Positions 39,396-49,519 of a stretch of DNA of 64,000 nucleotides are shown here, one piece after another; within the stretch, counting starts at the first letter, position 1; every line of letters starts with the position of its first letter. A model generated the notes under the pieces. The model did no database searches. It saw only the letters and a program-made list of their open reading frames with translations, and had not been told where the DNA came from. Source of the DNA: an uncultured Gemmatimonadales bacterium (GTDB lineage: Bacteria > Gemmatimonadota > Gemmatimonadetes > Longimicrobiales > RSA9); assembly GCA_963708135.1 (NCBI GenBank), contig OY970192.1:4768001-4832000 (forward strand). Reading direction: 5' to 3'. Position numbers and translations under genes: made by a program.

Positions 39396-42037
39396 CGCTG
39401 CGCCTCCCCCGCCGCGAGCAGTGCGCGCCACTGGTTGACGAAAACGACGTGCGCCCTTCCCGGCCCGGCGTCCCGCCTCTCGAGCATCAGGAAGTCGCCT
39501 CCGGGCAGCACGTCGTAGGCGACGGCGCCGAGGCCCTGTTCGAAGCGATCCATGGAGAAGAGGGCGCGGCGGGAGCGCACGGTGAATCCGCCCGCGGTCG
39601 TCACCTCGGCGGCCATGAGGCTCTCACCGCCGAGGTAGAACAGCTCGCGGCCGTCGAGGGACCAGCGGGGCGTCCTTCCGCCGCCGACAGAGACTTGCCA
39701 GAGATCGGCGCGCGACGGGTCGGTGGACCGCACCTACACTTCGCCCGCGGACACGTACGCCAACCAGCGCCCGTCGGGCGAGGGACTGGGGGAGTGGACG
39801 CGCGCCGGCAAGGCGATGATCACCCGGTCGGCGGCGGCGGGCTGATCGAGGGCGTGCGCGTAGATGGCGCTCCGGCCCGGCCGGAATCTCAGGTAGTAGA
39901 GCGTACGCCCGTCCGCCGAGGGTGCCGGGGCTCCGAGGTTGGTCGCCGTATCACGCACGATGCTGCGCGGGGGCGATGCGCTGCCCACGGTCGCCTGGAA
40001 GATCTCGGCCCCCTGGGCATTGTTGGCGGCGAAGAACAGGGTGCGGCCGTCGGCGCTGAAGGCCGGATCGCTCGTCACGGTCGTGGGGACCGTGATCCGG
40101 CTGGCGGCGCCGCTGCGCAGATCGCGCACCAGGATGTCCCAGGTGCCGAGCTCGACCGAGGCCGCTGCATGAGTGCCATCGGGCGAGGCCGCGACGTCGC
40201 GTGCGTACCCCACCCACGTGGAGTCGAGGAACGGCACGGCACCGTTGCGGCGGACGCGCGCGAAGCTCAGCCGCGGCGTATGCGAGCCACCCGTCGCGTA
40301 CACGAGCTGCCCGGTCCGCGCGACGGCGATCTGCGGGAACGCACCGGCGTCGATCGTGGTCGCTGTCACAATCGGCACCGGCGGGCCCGTGAGACGGCGC
40401 TTTGCCGCGTCGAAAGGCGCAGCCACCAGCGTGCTGTCGGGCCGCACCACGAGGAGGTATCCGGGCTCCACGTAGCGGGCCCAGAAGCCGGGCATGAGCA
40501 CGCGGTGTCGCCCCGTGGCCGGATCGGACACGGCGATGCGGAAGCGCGAGTTGTCGCCGTAGTTGCGCGGCACCACGACGAACAGGATCGCGTTGCCGCC
40601 GGGGAGCGGGCTGCCGCCGGTGTGGAAGACCTCGCCGGCAACGGTATCCAGGCTGGTGACCTGCTCCCACGCGCCGCCGCGCACCGGCACCCGCACGATT
40701 CCGGAGTGGCCGCTGATGAGCAGGTGGTCGTTGTCATCCCATTCGATCACCGAATAGCTGGGCAGCGTGTCGGTCACCGTCGTGACGGGTCCGCCGGTGG
40801 GCGACACCAGGCGAAGCGTGTGGCCGGCAACGAATGCGACCTGGCGTCCGTCCGGCGAGACCGCCGGGTAGCTCGCGCTGTCGGTTCTCGGCAGCGGGCG
40901 CGGATCGAGCGCGTCAGCGTCCCGCACCCAGAGCTCGGGTCCTCCCGACGCGTGCGCCACGTACACGAGCCTCGATCCGTCCGGCGACAGCGCGAAGGAG
41001 CCTTCGGGCGGCGCGCTGTCCGGGAACGAAAGCGTCGCAAGCCACGGCCGGCCGGCGGCGGCCGCAGCGCCGACGCGGTCGGCGGCCACCCTGCCCCAAC
41101 CCCACACCGCCGCCACGACGGCCGCGATGGCGACCGCACCGGCGACGATCGCAGGGCGGTTCCGTCGCCAGCCGGGCGCCGTTCCCGCGCCGGGCCATGC
41201 GGCGGACCCTGGCGTCACGAGCGCGGTCGCGAACTCGCCGGCGCTGCCGAAGCGGTCGGCCGGGAGCCTTTCCAGTGCGGTCCGCACCGCCGCGTCCACC
41301 TGCGCGGGAACACGCCGGCGCAGGAGCGTCAGCGGCCGCGGCTCGGCGGTGAGCACCTGGGCCAGGATGGCCTGCGCGGTGGGACCGGTGAACGGCGGCT
41401 CGCCGGCGAGCATCTCGTAGGTGACGGCCCCGAGCGCATAGATGTCGGCGCGCGGCCCGACGGTGAGCTCCCCCGTCGCCTGCTCGGGAGCCATGTACTG
41501 CGGCGTACCCAGCGAGAGACCGGTCTGCGTCAGGCGCGAGCCGCCCGCCTGCTGTACGGCGAGCGCGATGCCGAAATCCGCCACGAGCGCGTGGCCGTTC
41601 TGCAGCAGGATGTTCTCGGGTTTCACGTCCCGGTGCACCACGCCGCGCTCGTGTGCATACTCGAGGGCGTCAGCGACCTCCGCCGCGATGCGCACGCCGT
41701 CGCTCACCGGCAGCTGGCGCTCGCGCTCGAGCCGCGCGCGCAGCGTCTCGCCCTCCACGAAGGGCATGACGTAGTAGAGCAGACCGTCGGCGCTTCCGGA
41801 GTCGAACAGCGGCAGGATGTGCGGGTGCTGCAGGCTGGCGGTGAGCTCGATCTCCTTCAGGAACCGCTCGGGGCCGAGCATGGCCGAGAGCTCGGGGTGC
41901 AGCGCCTTGATGGCGACACGGCGGTGGTGCCGCACGTCCTCGGCGAGCCAGACCGTGGCCATGCCGCCGGCGCCGAGCTCGCGCTCGATGCGGTAGCGGC
42001 CCGCGAGGGCGCCGGCGAGGCCGGTGGGCTCAAGCAC
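39392..42037 (-). pseudogene. Ser/Thr kinase + beta-propeller (paralogue 1) with in-frame TAG at 39734-39736
   Basis: AYVSAGEV*VRSTD...WQVSVGGGRTPRWSLDGRELFY continues in frame; paralogue 2 has EIYVRS at this position. Confidence 0.8.
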
Positions 42038-42220
42038 TCGGGCCGAGCCCCCGCCACGCACGGCAACGCCCACGAGCGATTGGCTGGGCCATCGCTCCTC
42101 CGTCGGTCGGCAAGATTGGGATGGATTGTGGGAAAGACTCCGAGCTCATTCGGGGCCAGCAAAGAGCATAGCGGGAAGTCACGCGGGGGGCAACGCCGCC
42201 GTGGCCGGGCTATAGCATGG

Positions 42221-42781
42221 TCACGTGCCGCTACTCGCCGGCATGGCGCGGTCGTCCCCCTGGTCCACCAGGTATAATGCCGTCCCGATGATCGCGCCCG
42301 CCAACGCGTTCGCGAGCAGAACGCGAGGCAGCCCCAGCACGTCGAGGGCGACCGGCGTGTCCGCGAACCAGAGGACCAGGTAGAGAAGGCCCGTGCACGT
42401 GACGCTCGTGTATGCAACACCGCCGGCGAGGGACCTCCAGAAGCCCGACCCGTTCAGCACGAGGGCGGCGCTCGCGCCGACCGCCGCGAAGACCGTCACG
42501 TGCACGACGGTATATGCGAGGATTTCGAGGGGCAGGAGGAAGTAGGAGCCAAGCGACCCCGCTGCTCCCGAGCCGGCGCTCCCTCCACTGAACAACGCCG
42601 ACGCGAGCGCCGCCGGGACGGTGAGCGGGTGCAGAGCCAACGCTCCCTGCAGGAAGAACAGGGCCGCGACGGCGACGGCGCCGAGCAGCCCGCCGGCCGC
42701 CCCCGCCTGCACACGGTGCAGGTATCTCGTGACACTGCCGGGCCGGTTCGCGGCGGACGGCCGAACGCGATGTTCGTTCAT
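42221..42781 (-). CDS. Hypothetical membrane protein (about 4 TM)
   Basis: Hydrophobic helices; GGAGG RBS. Confidence 0.7.
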   Translation of the reverse strand: MNEHRVRPSAANRPGSVTRYLHRVQAGAAGGLLGAVAVAALFFLQGALALHPLTVPAALASALFSGGSAGSGAAGSLGSYFLLPLEILAYTVVHVTVFAAVGASAALVLNGSGFWRSLAGGVAYTSVTCTGLLYLVLWFADTPVALDVLGLPRVLLANALAGAIIGTALYLVDQGDDRAMPASSGT

Positions 42782-42984
42782 GAGCCGGATCCTCCGTTCA
42801 TTGCAGTTTCGCCAGCGGAGCGAGCCGCCACCTGGCGACGTTCAATTGCTCGCGATGCTGAGGATCCCCGGGGGCGCTCGAGATGCCCGCAGACGCTACC
42901 GCCGCCGCTCAGCGCGAGGCTTCCGCGATGAGCTCGTCCTCAAACGTGAAGTCGAGGTCTCGCCCAGGCGCCTGGCTGGCGTAC

Positions 42985-43085
42985 CACTCGGTCGTACGCC
43001 AGGTCGAAGACAGCGTCGAAGCGGCGGCCGGCGAGGGCGCGCTGCACGGACGGGGGATCGTTGCGGTCGGCCACGGCGTTCGGGA
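42985..43085 (-). pseudogene. NAD-dependent epimerase/dehydratase fragment
   Basis: ADRNDPPSVQRALAGRRFDAVFDLAYD. Confidence 0.45.
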
Positions 43086-43214
43086 TCAGGAAATCCAAGC
43101 GCTGTTTGCGGCTACTCTCGAAGGATGGGCCGTGTACGGAGAGCGGGGCAAGGGGCAAGGCCGCGCGGGGCGGGGAGGTCGGCGACGCTGCTCCCGGCGG
43201 AGGGATCGCGGGGG

Positions 43215-43393
43215 CGGCGGCACGCCAACGGCGGGACATTAACGGCGGCACATTAACGGCGGCACATTGACGGCGGCACATTGACGGCGGCACCACCTGC
43301 CAGCGGCGGCACCTCAACGGCGGCACGTTAACGGCGGCACGTTAACGGCGGCACGTTAACGGCGGCACATTAGGAGCGGCACCTCGACGGCGG
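43215..43393 (+). repeat. Tandem array of about 12 imperfect 14-bp units (cggcggcacRttaa)
   Basis: Directly visible 14-nt periodicity with one 19-nt unit. Confidence 0.9.
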
Positions 43394-43475
43394 TAATGAC
43401 GGGTGGGGGTGCGGGGCGGGAGGGATTGGCGCGGGGGGCTATCGCAATGCCCCGATCGTGCAGCGATCCTGGAGG

Positions 43476-43823
43476 ATGAGCTTTGAGCGGCTACGGGTCT
43501 ACCAGGCGGCTGAGCGGCTGGACGCGGAGGTGCAGGCGTTGATCGCACGGCTTGCGCCGGGATTCAGCAGGGACGTCAACCAGCTTCGGCGGGCGGCGGG
43601 ATCCGTCCTTTACAACATCGCCGAGGCGTACGGCTCCGAGCAACCGGGCCGGAAGCGCAACCATCTCGAAATTGCACGCGGCTCCGTGGATGAGACCCGG
43701 GCGATCGTGCGCCGGCTGGCCGCCTCCGGCGCGTTCCCGCTCCGCGCGACGTTCCCGGCGACCGGCCTCGCCGTCACGATCGCGAAGATGCTCACGTCCT
43801 GGATCCGTACCCTCCCGCCCTGA
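43476..43823 (+). CDS. Four-helix bundle protein (23S rRNA IVS protein / Avd-like family)
   Basis: MSFERLRVYQAA...NQLRRAAGSVLYNIAEAYG...LEIARGSVDE matches the family signature. Confidence 0.88.
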   Translation: MSFERLRVYQAAERLDAEVQALIARLAPGFSRDVNQLRRAAGSVLYNIAEAYGSEQPGRKRNHLEIARGSVDETRAIVRRLAASGAFPLRATFPATGLAVTIAKMLTSWIRTLPP

Positions 43824-43845
43824 CCGCCCCGCCCCCCACCCCGCA

Positions 43846-43956
43846 GTTCCGCCGTTGTTGTGCCGCAGTTGCCTGTGCCGAAGTACATGTGCCGAAGTTC
43901 ATGTGCCGAAGTTCATGTGCCGCAGTCGAAGTGCCGCAGTCGAAGTGCCGCAGTCT
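43846..43956 (-). repeat. Tandem array of about 8 imperfect 14-bp units (gtgccgMagtYsaW), inverted relative to the upstream array
   Basis: Reverse complement atgaacttcggcac versus upstream attaacggcggcac. Confidence 0.85.
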
Positions 43957-43999
43957 GCCGTCCCCCCCGTCTTTTTGGCGACTTCCGGCAGGATCCGAG

Positions 44000-44632
44000 C
44001 TAATGGCCGGACCGGCTGAAGCGCTGGACGATCCGGGCGCCGCGGGCCTGGCTGATCTCGGGAGGCGTCAGGGTGACGCCAGGGACGGACATCCCGGGAT
44101 TCATCAGGTCGTGGATATCGCCCTGGTGCTCCAGCCCGAGGAGATGCCCGAATTCGTGCGCGAGGCCGTTGTCGTTGGCGGCGTCGCCGACCGCGCAGAC
44201 GCCCAGGCGCTCGACGGCCGCACCAGCTTCGCTGCCGACGAAGCGACGGACGAGCAGGAGGCTCACGGAATCGTGCATGGGAAAGCTCGCCGCCAGCATC
44301 AGGAACCCCTGGTCGTCGAGCGCCTCGGATCCATGCGGCGCCTCGGTGTGGTCGGTGGTGGTCCTGCGGACCTGGAACTCGATATCGGCAGCGCCGAAGA
44401 TCCGGTTCACTTCGTGGAGCGACTGCGTGAGGGCGGCCGGCGTACGGGTGGTCGAGATCTCGCGCGTGCGCATGACCCGCTCGTGCTGCACACGCGTTTG
44501 GCGGCCGACCTGCACGTTGCGCGCGACGATCTCCGGCGTGGAAACGGTCAGCGTAATGAAGTGAGCGTGAACGGGTATCACGACCATGTCTACCTCCATC
44601 TCGACATGTGGCGGCTCTTGCGCCTCGCTCAC
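44000..44632 (-). CDS. Metzincin-type zinc metalloprotease domain protein
   Basis: HEFGHLLGLEH followed by Met-turn DLMNP; overlaps the pepT stop. Confidence 0.75.
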   Translation of the reverse strand: MSEAQEPPHVEMEVDMVVIPVHAHFITLTVSTPEIVARNVQVGRQTRVQHERVMRTREISTTRTPAALTQSLHEVNRIFGAADIEFQVRRTTTDHTEAPHGSEALDDQGFLMLAASFPMHDSVSLLLVRRFVGSEAGAAVERLGVCAVGDAANDNGLAHEFGHLLGLEHQGDIHDLMNPGMSVPGVTLTPPEISQARGARIVQRFSRSGH

Positions 44633-45894
44633 ATCCCTTCGGCGAAGAGCTGCACGAGGTTAAGGATGGTGCATGCCGACTGGGCCAGCACGCGGGTGGA
44701 GATCCACTCCGAGGGCCCGTGGAAGTCAACGCCGCCCGCGAAGATGTTGGGCGTGGGCATGCCCATCTCGGTCAGCCGGGAGCCGTCCGTCCCCCCGCGG
44801 ATGGGCTCGAGCCTGGGGGTGATCCCCGCGGCACGCACCGCCTCCTCCAGCTTCCTGGTCACGTCGGGGTGGCGGCTCAGCACGTCGTACATGTTCCGGT
44901 ACTGCTTCGTGATCTCGACCTTCACGTCGAGGCGGGGCTCCTCGGCCATGAGCCCGGCGCACATGCGCTCCAGCCTGCGGCCCCGCTCCTCGAGGACCTT
45001 CGTGTCGAAGTCGCGCAGGATCATCTGCACGCTGCAGGAGGCCGCATCGCCTGACGCCGCGACGGGGTGGTAGAAGCCTTCCCGCGCGTCCGTCGTCTCG
45101 GGCGCCTCGCCCATGGGCAGCCGGTCCAGGAGCTTCCCCATCCAGGTGAGGGCGTTCACCATCTTGCCGCGCGCCGTGCCGGGATGCACGGAGACGCCGG
45201 TGAAGGTGACCACGGCCTTGTCGGCGGAGAAGGTCTCCACGTTGATCTCGCCCGTGAAGCTGCCGTCGATGGTGAAGGCCAGTGCACAGTCGAAGCGCTC
45301 CAGGGGGAAGCGGTCGGCGCCCCGGCCGATCTCCTCGTCGGGGTTGAAGCACACGCGCACCACGGGCCGCCGGACCTCCGGCTGCTGCACCAGGATCTCG
45401 AGCGCGCCCATGATGGCCGCGATCCCCGCCTTGTCGTCGGCACCGAGCAGCGTCGTCCCGTCGGTGGTGATGATGGTGTCGCCGATGCACTGCTTCAGCT
45501 CAGGCGTGTCGGCCGGGTCCAGGACGACGCCGTGGCCCACCTCGATCGCTCCGCCGTCGTACTGCTGAAGGATCTGCGCTCTCACGCCGGTGCCGGTGAA
45601 CTGCGGTGCCGTGTCGATGTGGGCGCAGAGGCCGATCCGCCCCGGTGCCGTGCCGGGGAGCTCCGCCAGGACGTAGCCATTCTCGTCCATCGAGACCTCG
45701 GCCTCGCCCACGCCCCGGAGTCCCAGCTCCTTCAGCTCGTCCACCAGGCGACGCGCCAGCTCGAGCTGCTTCGCGGTGCTCGGGCACGTTTCGCTGGCTT
45801 CGTCCGACTGCGTATCGAGGCGCACGTAGTCGAGGAGGCGCTCCACGATGCGGGTCCGGCTCAGGACGACGGAGGGGTCATCGAAGGCGAGCAT
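44629..45894 (-). CDS. pepT: Peptidase T (M20B tripeptidase)
   Basis: AHIDT, TLLGADDKAG, PDEEIGRG, IRGGTDG, PNIFAGG..FHG. Confidence 0.93.
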   Translation of the reverse strand: MLAFDDPSVVLSRTRIVERLLDYVRLDTQSDEASETCPSTAKQLELARRLVDELKELGLRGVGEAEVSMDENGYVLAELPGTAPGRIGLCAHIDTAPQFTGTGVRAQILQQYDGGAIEVGHGVVLDPADTPELKQCIGDTIITTDGTTLLGADDKAGIAAIMGALEILVQQPEVRRPVVRVCFNPDEEIGRGADRFPLERFDCALAFTIDGSFTGEINVETFSADKAVVTFTGVSVHPGTARGKMVNALTWMGKLLDRLPMGEAPETTDAREGFYHPVAASGDAASCSVQMILRDFDTKVLEERGRRLERMCAGLMAEEPRLDVKVEITKQYRNMYDVLSRHPDVTRKLEEAVRAAGITPRLEPIRGGTDGSRLTEMGMPTPNIFAGGVDFHGPSEWISTRVLAQSACTILNLVQLFAEGM

Positions 45895-46001
45895 TATGCG
45901 CTCCCGTGGTTGAAAGGGCAGATGATAGTGGCGCCACGGCGGCCGGGAGGGGAAATTAGGGAGCCACCCACCCGGCGATCCACGGACCCAGGGAAACGAA
46001 C

Positions 46002-47501
46002 ATGACGACAGCGGCGCAGGCGCCCTCGCGGACGAGGGGATTCACCACCCTCTTCCTCATCGAGCTGTGGGAGAGGTTCGGCTACTACGGCATGACGGCG
46101 GTGGTCGTGCTGTTCATGGTACAGCAGCTCGGCTACACGGACGACCGTGCCAACCTCACGTTCGGCGCCTTCGCGGCACTCGCCTACACCGTTCCGGCGG
46201 TCGGCGGCTGGATCGGCGACAAGCTGCTGGGCAGCCGGCGCACGATGCTGCTCGGCGCGCTGACGCTGGCGCTCGGCTACATCGGCCTCGCGATTCCGAA
46301 CCACCCCGGCCTGCTCTTCCCCGCGCTGGCCATCGTGGCCGTCGGCGGCGGCGTCTTCAAGGCCAACCCCGCCAACATGATCTCGAAGCTGTACGAGGGC
46401 GACTCCGCCAAGATCGACAGCGCGTTCACCATGTACTACATGGCGGTCAACATCGGTGCGACCGCGTCGCAGCTCGCGACGCCGCTCATCGCGGTCAAGG
46501 TGGGATGGCACGTCGCGTTCGCGGTGTCCGCTGGCGGCCTCGTCGTCGGCATCGTGAACTACCTCGCGATGAGCCGCTATCTCAGCCACGTGGGCTCCGC
46601 GCCGGACTTCCAGCCCCTCAATGTGACTCGCCTCGTCCTGGTGGTCGGCGGAATGATCGCGGGCATCGTGCTCGTGTCGTTCATCATTCAGAATCTCGCC
46701 GTCGCACGGGGCACCGTCGTGCTCGGGTTCTTCACCATGCTCGCCATCTTCGGGTTCATGATGAAGCGTGGCAGCGAGCGCGAGCGCAAGGGGCTCATCG
46801 CCGTGCTGATCCTGACGGGCCTCGGCATGCTCTTCTTCATCTTCTACCAGCAGATGTCGACGTCGCTCACACTCTTCTCGCTGCGCAACGTGGACCTCGA
46901 CTTCTTCGGCTACCACGTCCCCGCCGGGCAGGTCCAGGCGCTGAACCCCATCTGGATCTTCATCCTGAGCCCGGGGCTCGCCTGGCTCTACACCAGTCTC
47001 GGCAAGGGGAAGGGCGGAGACTTCCACATCTCCACGAAATTCGCGATGGGCTTCGCCGTGCTTAGTCTCGGGTTCTTCATCTACGGATTCAGCGGTCACT
47101 TTGCCAGCGCGGGCAAGATCTCGTTCTGGTGGATGATCACGGGCTATGGCTTCCAGTCGGTGGGAGAGCTCCTCATCAGCGGTCTCGGCCTCGCGGTCGT
47201 CGCGCGCTACGTCGGCCCGTCGCTGCGCGGCTTCATCATGGGCGTCTGGTTCCTCGCGACCGGAATCTCCCAGTACCTCGGGAGCTACGTCGCGACGTTC
47301 GCGAGCGTGCCCAGGGACGTGACGAGCCCCGTCGCCACGCTGCCGCTCTATACGAACCTGTTCACGAGGCTTGGCATCGTGGCCCTGATCGGAACCGCGA
47401 TCGCCGCCGCGCTGGTCCCGACGATGAAGAAGCTGTCGGCCGTGAGCGAAGGGCCGTGGGAGGAGGCGGCCATTGCCCGCACGGCCCCGGTGGAGGCCTG
47501 A
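46002..47501 (+). CDS. POT/PTR-family proton-dependent oligopeptide transporter
   Basis: ExxERFGYYG motif, FTMYYMAVNIG, and many TM helices; divergent from pepT. Confidence 0.92.
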   Translation: MTTAAQAPSRTRGFTTLFLIELWERFGYYGMTAVVVLFMVQQLGYTDDRANLTFGAFAALAYTVPAVGGWIGDKLLGSRRTMLLGALTLALGYIGLAIPNHPGLLFPALAIVAVGGGVFKANPANMISKLYEGDSAKIDSAFTMYYMAVNIGATASQLATPLIAVKVGWHVAFAVSAGGLVVGIVNYLAMSRYLSHVGSAPDFQPLNVTRLVLVVGGMIAGIVLVSFIIQNLAVARGTVVLGFFTMLAIFGFMMKRGSERERKGLIAVLILTGLGMLFFIFYQQMSTSLTLFSLRNVDLDFFGYHVPAGQVQALNPIWIFILSPGLAWLYTSLGKGKGGDFHISTKFAMGFAVLSLGFFIYGFSGHFASAGKISFWWMITGYGFQSVGELLISGLGLAVVARYVGPSLRGFIMGVWFLATGISQYLGSYVATFASVPRDVTSPVATLPLYTNLFTRLGIVALIGTAIAAALVPTMKKLSAVSEGPWEEAAIARTAPVEA

Positions 47502-47611
47502 GAACCCGCCCGGCCGCCGGCTGCACAACGATTGGAACACGGGACTCCCGGCATCACCCCGGCCACGAACGAGCGTGCGCCGGCTTTCCTCTCGCAAAAG
47601 GAGCGACAGCC

Positions 47612-47884
47612 ATGTACCTGATCTGGATGCTGGTCCTCGGGCTGATCGCCGGGGCGATCGCCAAGCTGATCATGCCGGGGAAGGATCCGGGCGGGATCAT
47701 CGTGACGATGCTTATCGGTATCGCCGGTTCGTTCGTAGGCGGGTTCCTCGGCCGGCTGCTGGGTGTCGGACGTGGCGGGCAGGGAAGCCTCACGGCGGGG
47801 CTGATCGGCTCGATCATCGGCGCGATCATCCTGCTGGCGATCTACCGCGTCGTGATGAAGAATCGCACGACCACGGCCCCGTAG
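47612..47884 (+). CDS. GlsB/YeaQ/YmgE (transglycosylase-associated) membrane protein
   Basis: GLIAGAIAKLIMPGKDPGG...GSIIGAIILL; AAGGAG RBS. Confidence 0.9.
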   Translation: MYLIWMLVLGLIAGAIAKLIMPGKDPGGIIVTMLIGIAGSFVGGFLGRLLGVGRGGQGSLTAGLIGSIIGAIILLAIYRVVMKNRTTTAP

Positions 47885-47946
47885 CCGCGTGCGCCGCCGG
47901 GCTGCGTGGCGAATCCCGTCGCCACGCAGCCTCTGCGGGCCGCGCC

Positions 47947-48485
47947 TCAGTGGCCGGAGGACGTGACCAGACGTGTTGCGTCGAAGCCCTGTGCGGTGGC
48001 CGTCGCCACCATGCGCTGGTAGGTCGCGTCGTCCAGCTCGGGCGTGCGGGCCAACACCCACAGGTACCGGCGGTCGGGTGAGCCGACGAGGGCGGCGCCG
48101 TAGTCCTCCGTCAGGTCGAGAATCCAGTAGTCGCCCCAGACGAAGGGCAGGAACGAGAGCAGCCGGGGCGCGAAGCGAACCTCGAGCACCGAGGAGGGCC
48201 CACCCGGACGAGCGAGCCGCGCGCGGCCCTCGACCCGGCTGATACCGCCATCCGCGCGGCGACAGGAATTCACCACGCGGATCTGTCCGTCGGGCAGCAG
48301 CTCGTAGTCGGCGGTCACGGCGGCGGCGCATCCCGCCTGGAAGCGGTTGGGGAAGCGGGCGATCTCATACCACCGGCCCGCGTAGCGGGCGAGGTCCACG
48401 CGCGCCACAGGCCGTACGGGCGCGCGCGGCTGTCCTGAACGGCGGCCAGCGCGACGACGAAGGCGAGAGGGAGGGATGCGATCAC
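47947..48485 (-). pseudogene. blc: Lipocalin (Blc-like) with an apparent frameshift after the signal peptide
   Basis: VDLARYAGRWYEIARFP, GDYWIL and YLWVLAR motifs. The signal peptide (GTG 48485 with GGAGA RBS; IASLPLAFVVALAA) is in another frame, and the span is 539 nt. Confidence 0.7.
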
Positions 48486-48499
48486 GGTCTTCTCCCCGG

Positions 48500-49039
48500 T
48501 CAGCGACGTCCGAGCAGCCCACCCAGCACGTTGCCGAGAGCTGATGCGCCACCCTGGCCGCCGACCAGTCCGCCGAGCATTCCACCCACGCCGGAACTGC
48601 CCAGCGCGCCACCGCCCGCGGCGGCCTTGGAGTGGCGAGCCAGAGCGCCCATGGCCAGTGTGGCCACGAGGGGCAGCATCTGCTTCAGGATGGCCGGGTC
48701 GATGCCGGTCTGCGCTGACGCCTGACCGGCTACCTGGCGACTCACGTCCTTGCTGCCCAGGACGTGGGCGAGGATCGCGTTGCCGTCCTCGGTGGTGGCT
48801 TGCTGCGTGAGGGCTGCGGGGTTCTCGAGGTAGGCTTCGTGCTTGCCCGTTCCGAGCGCCGAAGCGAGCGAGCCAAGGCCCTCCTCGCTCGTCACGTTCT
48901 TCTGGAGTCCGTTCGCCAGCGCCGGCATGAGCGCACCGACGGCGGAAGAGGCCTGGTCCGGGCTGAGCCCGAATTGCGCGGCCAGCTGGGCGACTGCACC
49001 GCCATTGGCGGCGCCGAGTACGGTATTGAGGATGTCCAT
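48500..49039 (-). CDS. DUF937-family protein
   Basis: QLAAQFGLS...GNAILAHVLGSKDVSR...LKQMLPLVA, with a Gly-rich tail. Confidence 0.8.
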   Translation of the reverse strand: MDILNTVLGAANGGAVAQLAAQFGLSPDQASSAVGALMPALANGLQKNVTSEEGLGSLASALGTGKHEAYLENPAALTQQATTEDGNAILAHVLGSKDVSRQVAGQASAQTGIDPAILKQMLPLVATLAMGALARHSKAAAGGGALGSSGVGGMLGGLVGGQGGASALGNVLGGLLGRR

Positions 49040-49519
49040 TTTGTCCCTTTCGTGTGGGTCCGCCGGTTCGGCGGACGGGTGACATCACACCAGCGCACCA
49101 GGCGCGAGTGGTCGGTCACCGGGGGGCTCGGAGGAAGGAGGGCGGCGGGCACAGGCCCGAGGCAGCCTGGCCCTCGCCAGCGGGTCGGGTCGGCGGGGGC
49201 GCCCGCAGCTACCCGGACCGTCCCGGCGCGCGTGGGTGCGCTCCGAGGCCGCGGGCGCTCTCCACGGAAGCGATGCCGTTCTCCATGGCCCCCGGCGACG
49301 AATACATCTCGCTCTGCCCGACCACCTGTGGCAAGGAGCTGAGCGCCCCAGTCCAGGCGTCGAGGCGACGCTGGCATCAGACGAGTCGAGCGGCTCGGAG
49401 CTTGGCGCGGTGCCGGGCCCCTGACGCCCGGTGGCGAGGAACTCGCTCGAGGCCGCCTTGCGGCGCGGCGCCGCCGGTGGGATCATGAGCCGGGGCACAC
49501 AGTGGGGTCGGAGGACGCA

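Noticed and set aside
43215..43393. Possible CRISPR array
   Set aside because: 14-bp head-to-tail units without unique spacers; no cas genes in the window.
43476..43823. Diversity-generating retroelement (Avd-like gene)
   Set aside because: No reverse transcriptase and no TR/VR pair with A-specific mismatches seen in the window.
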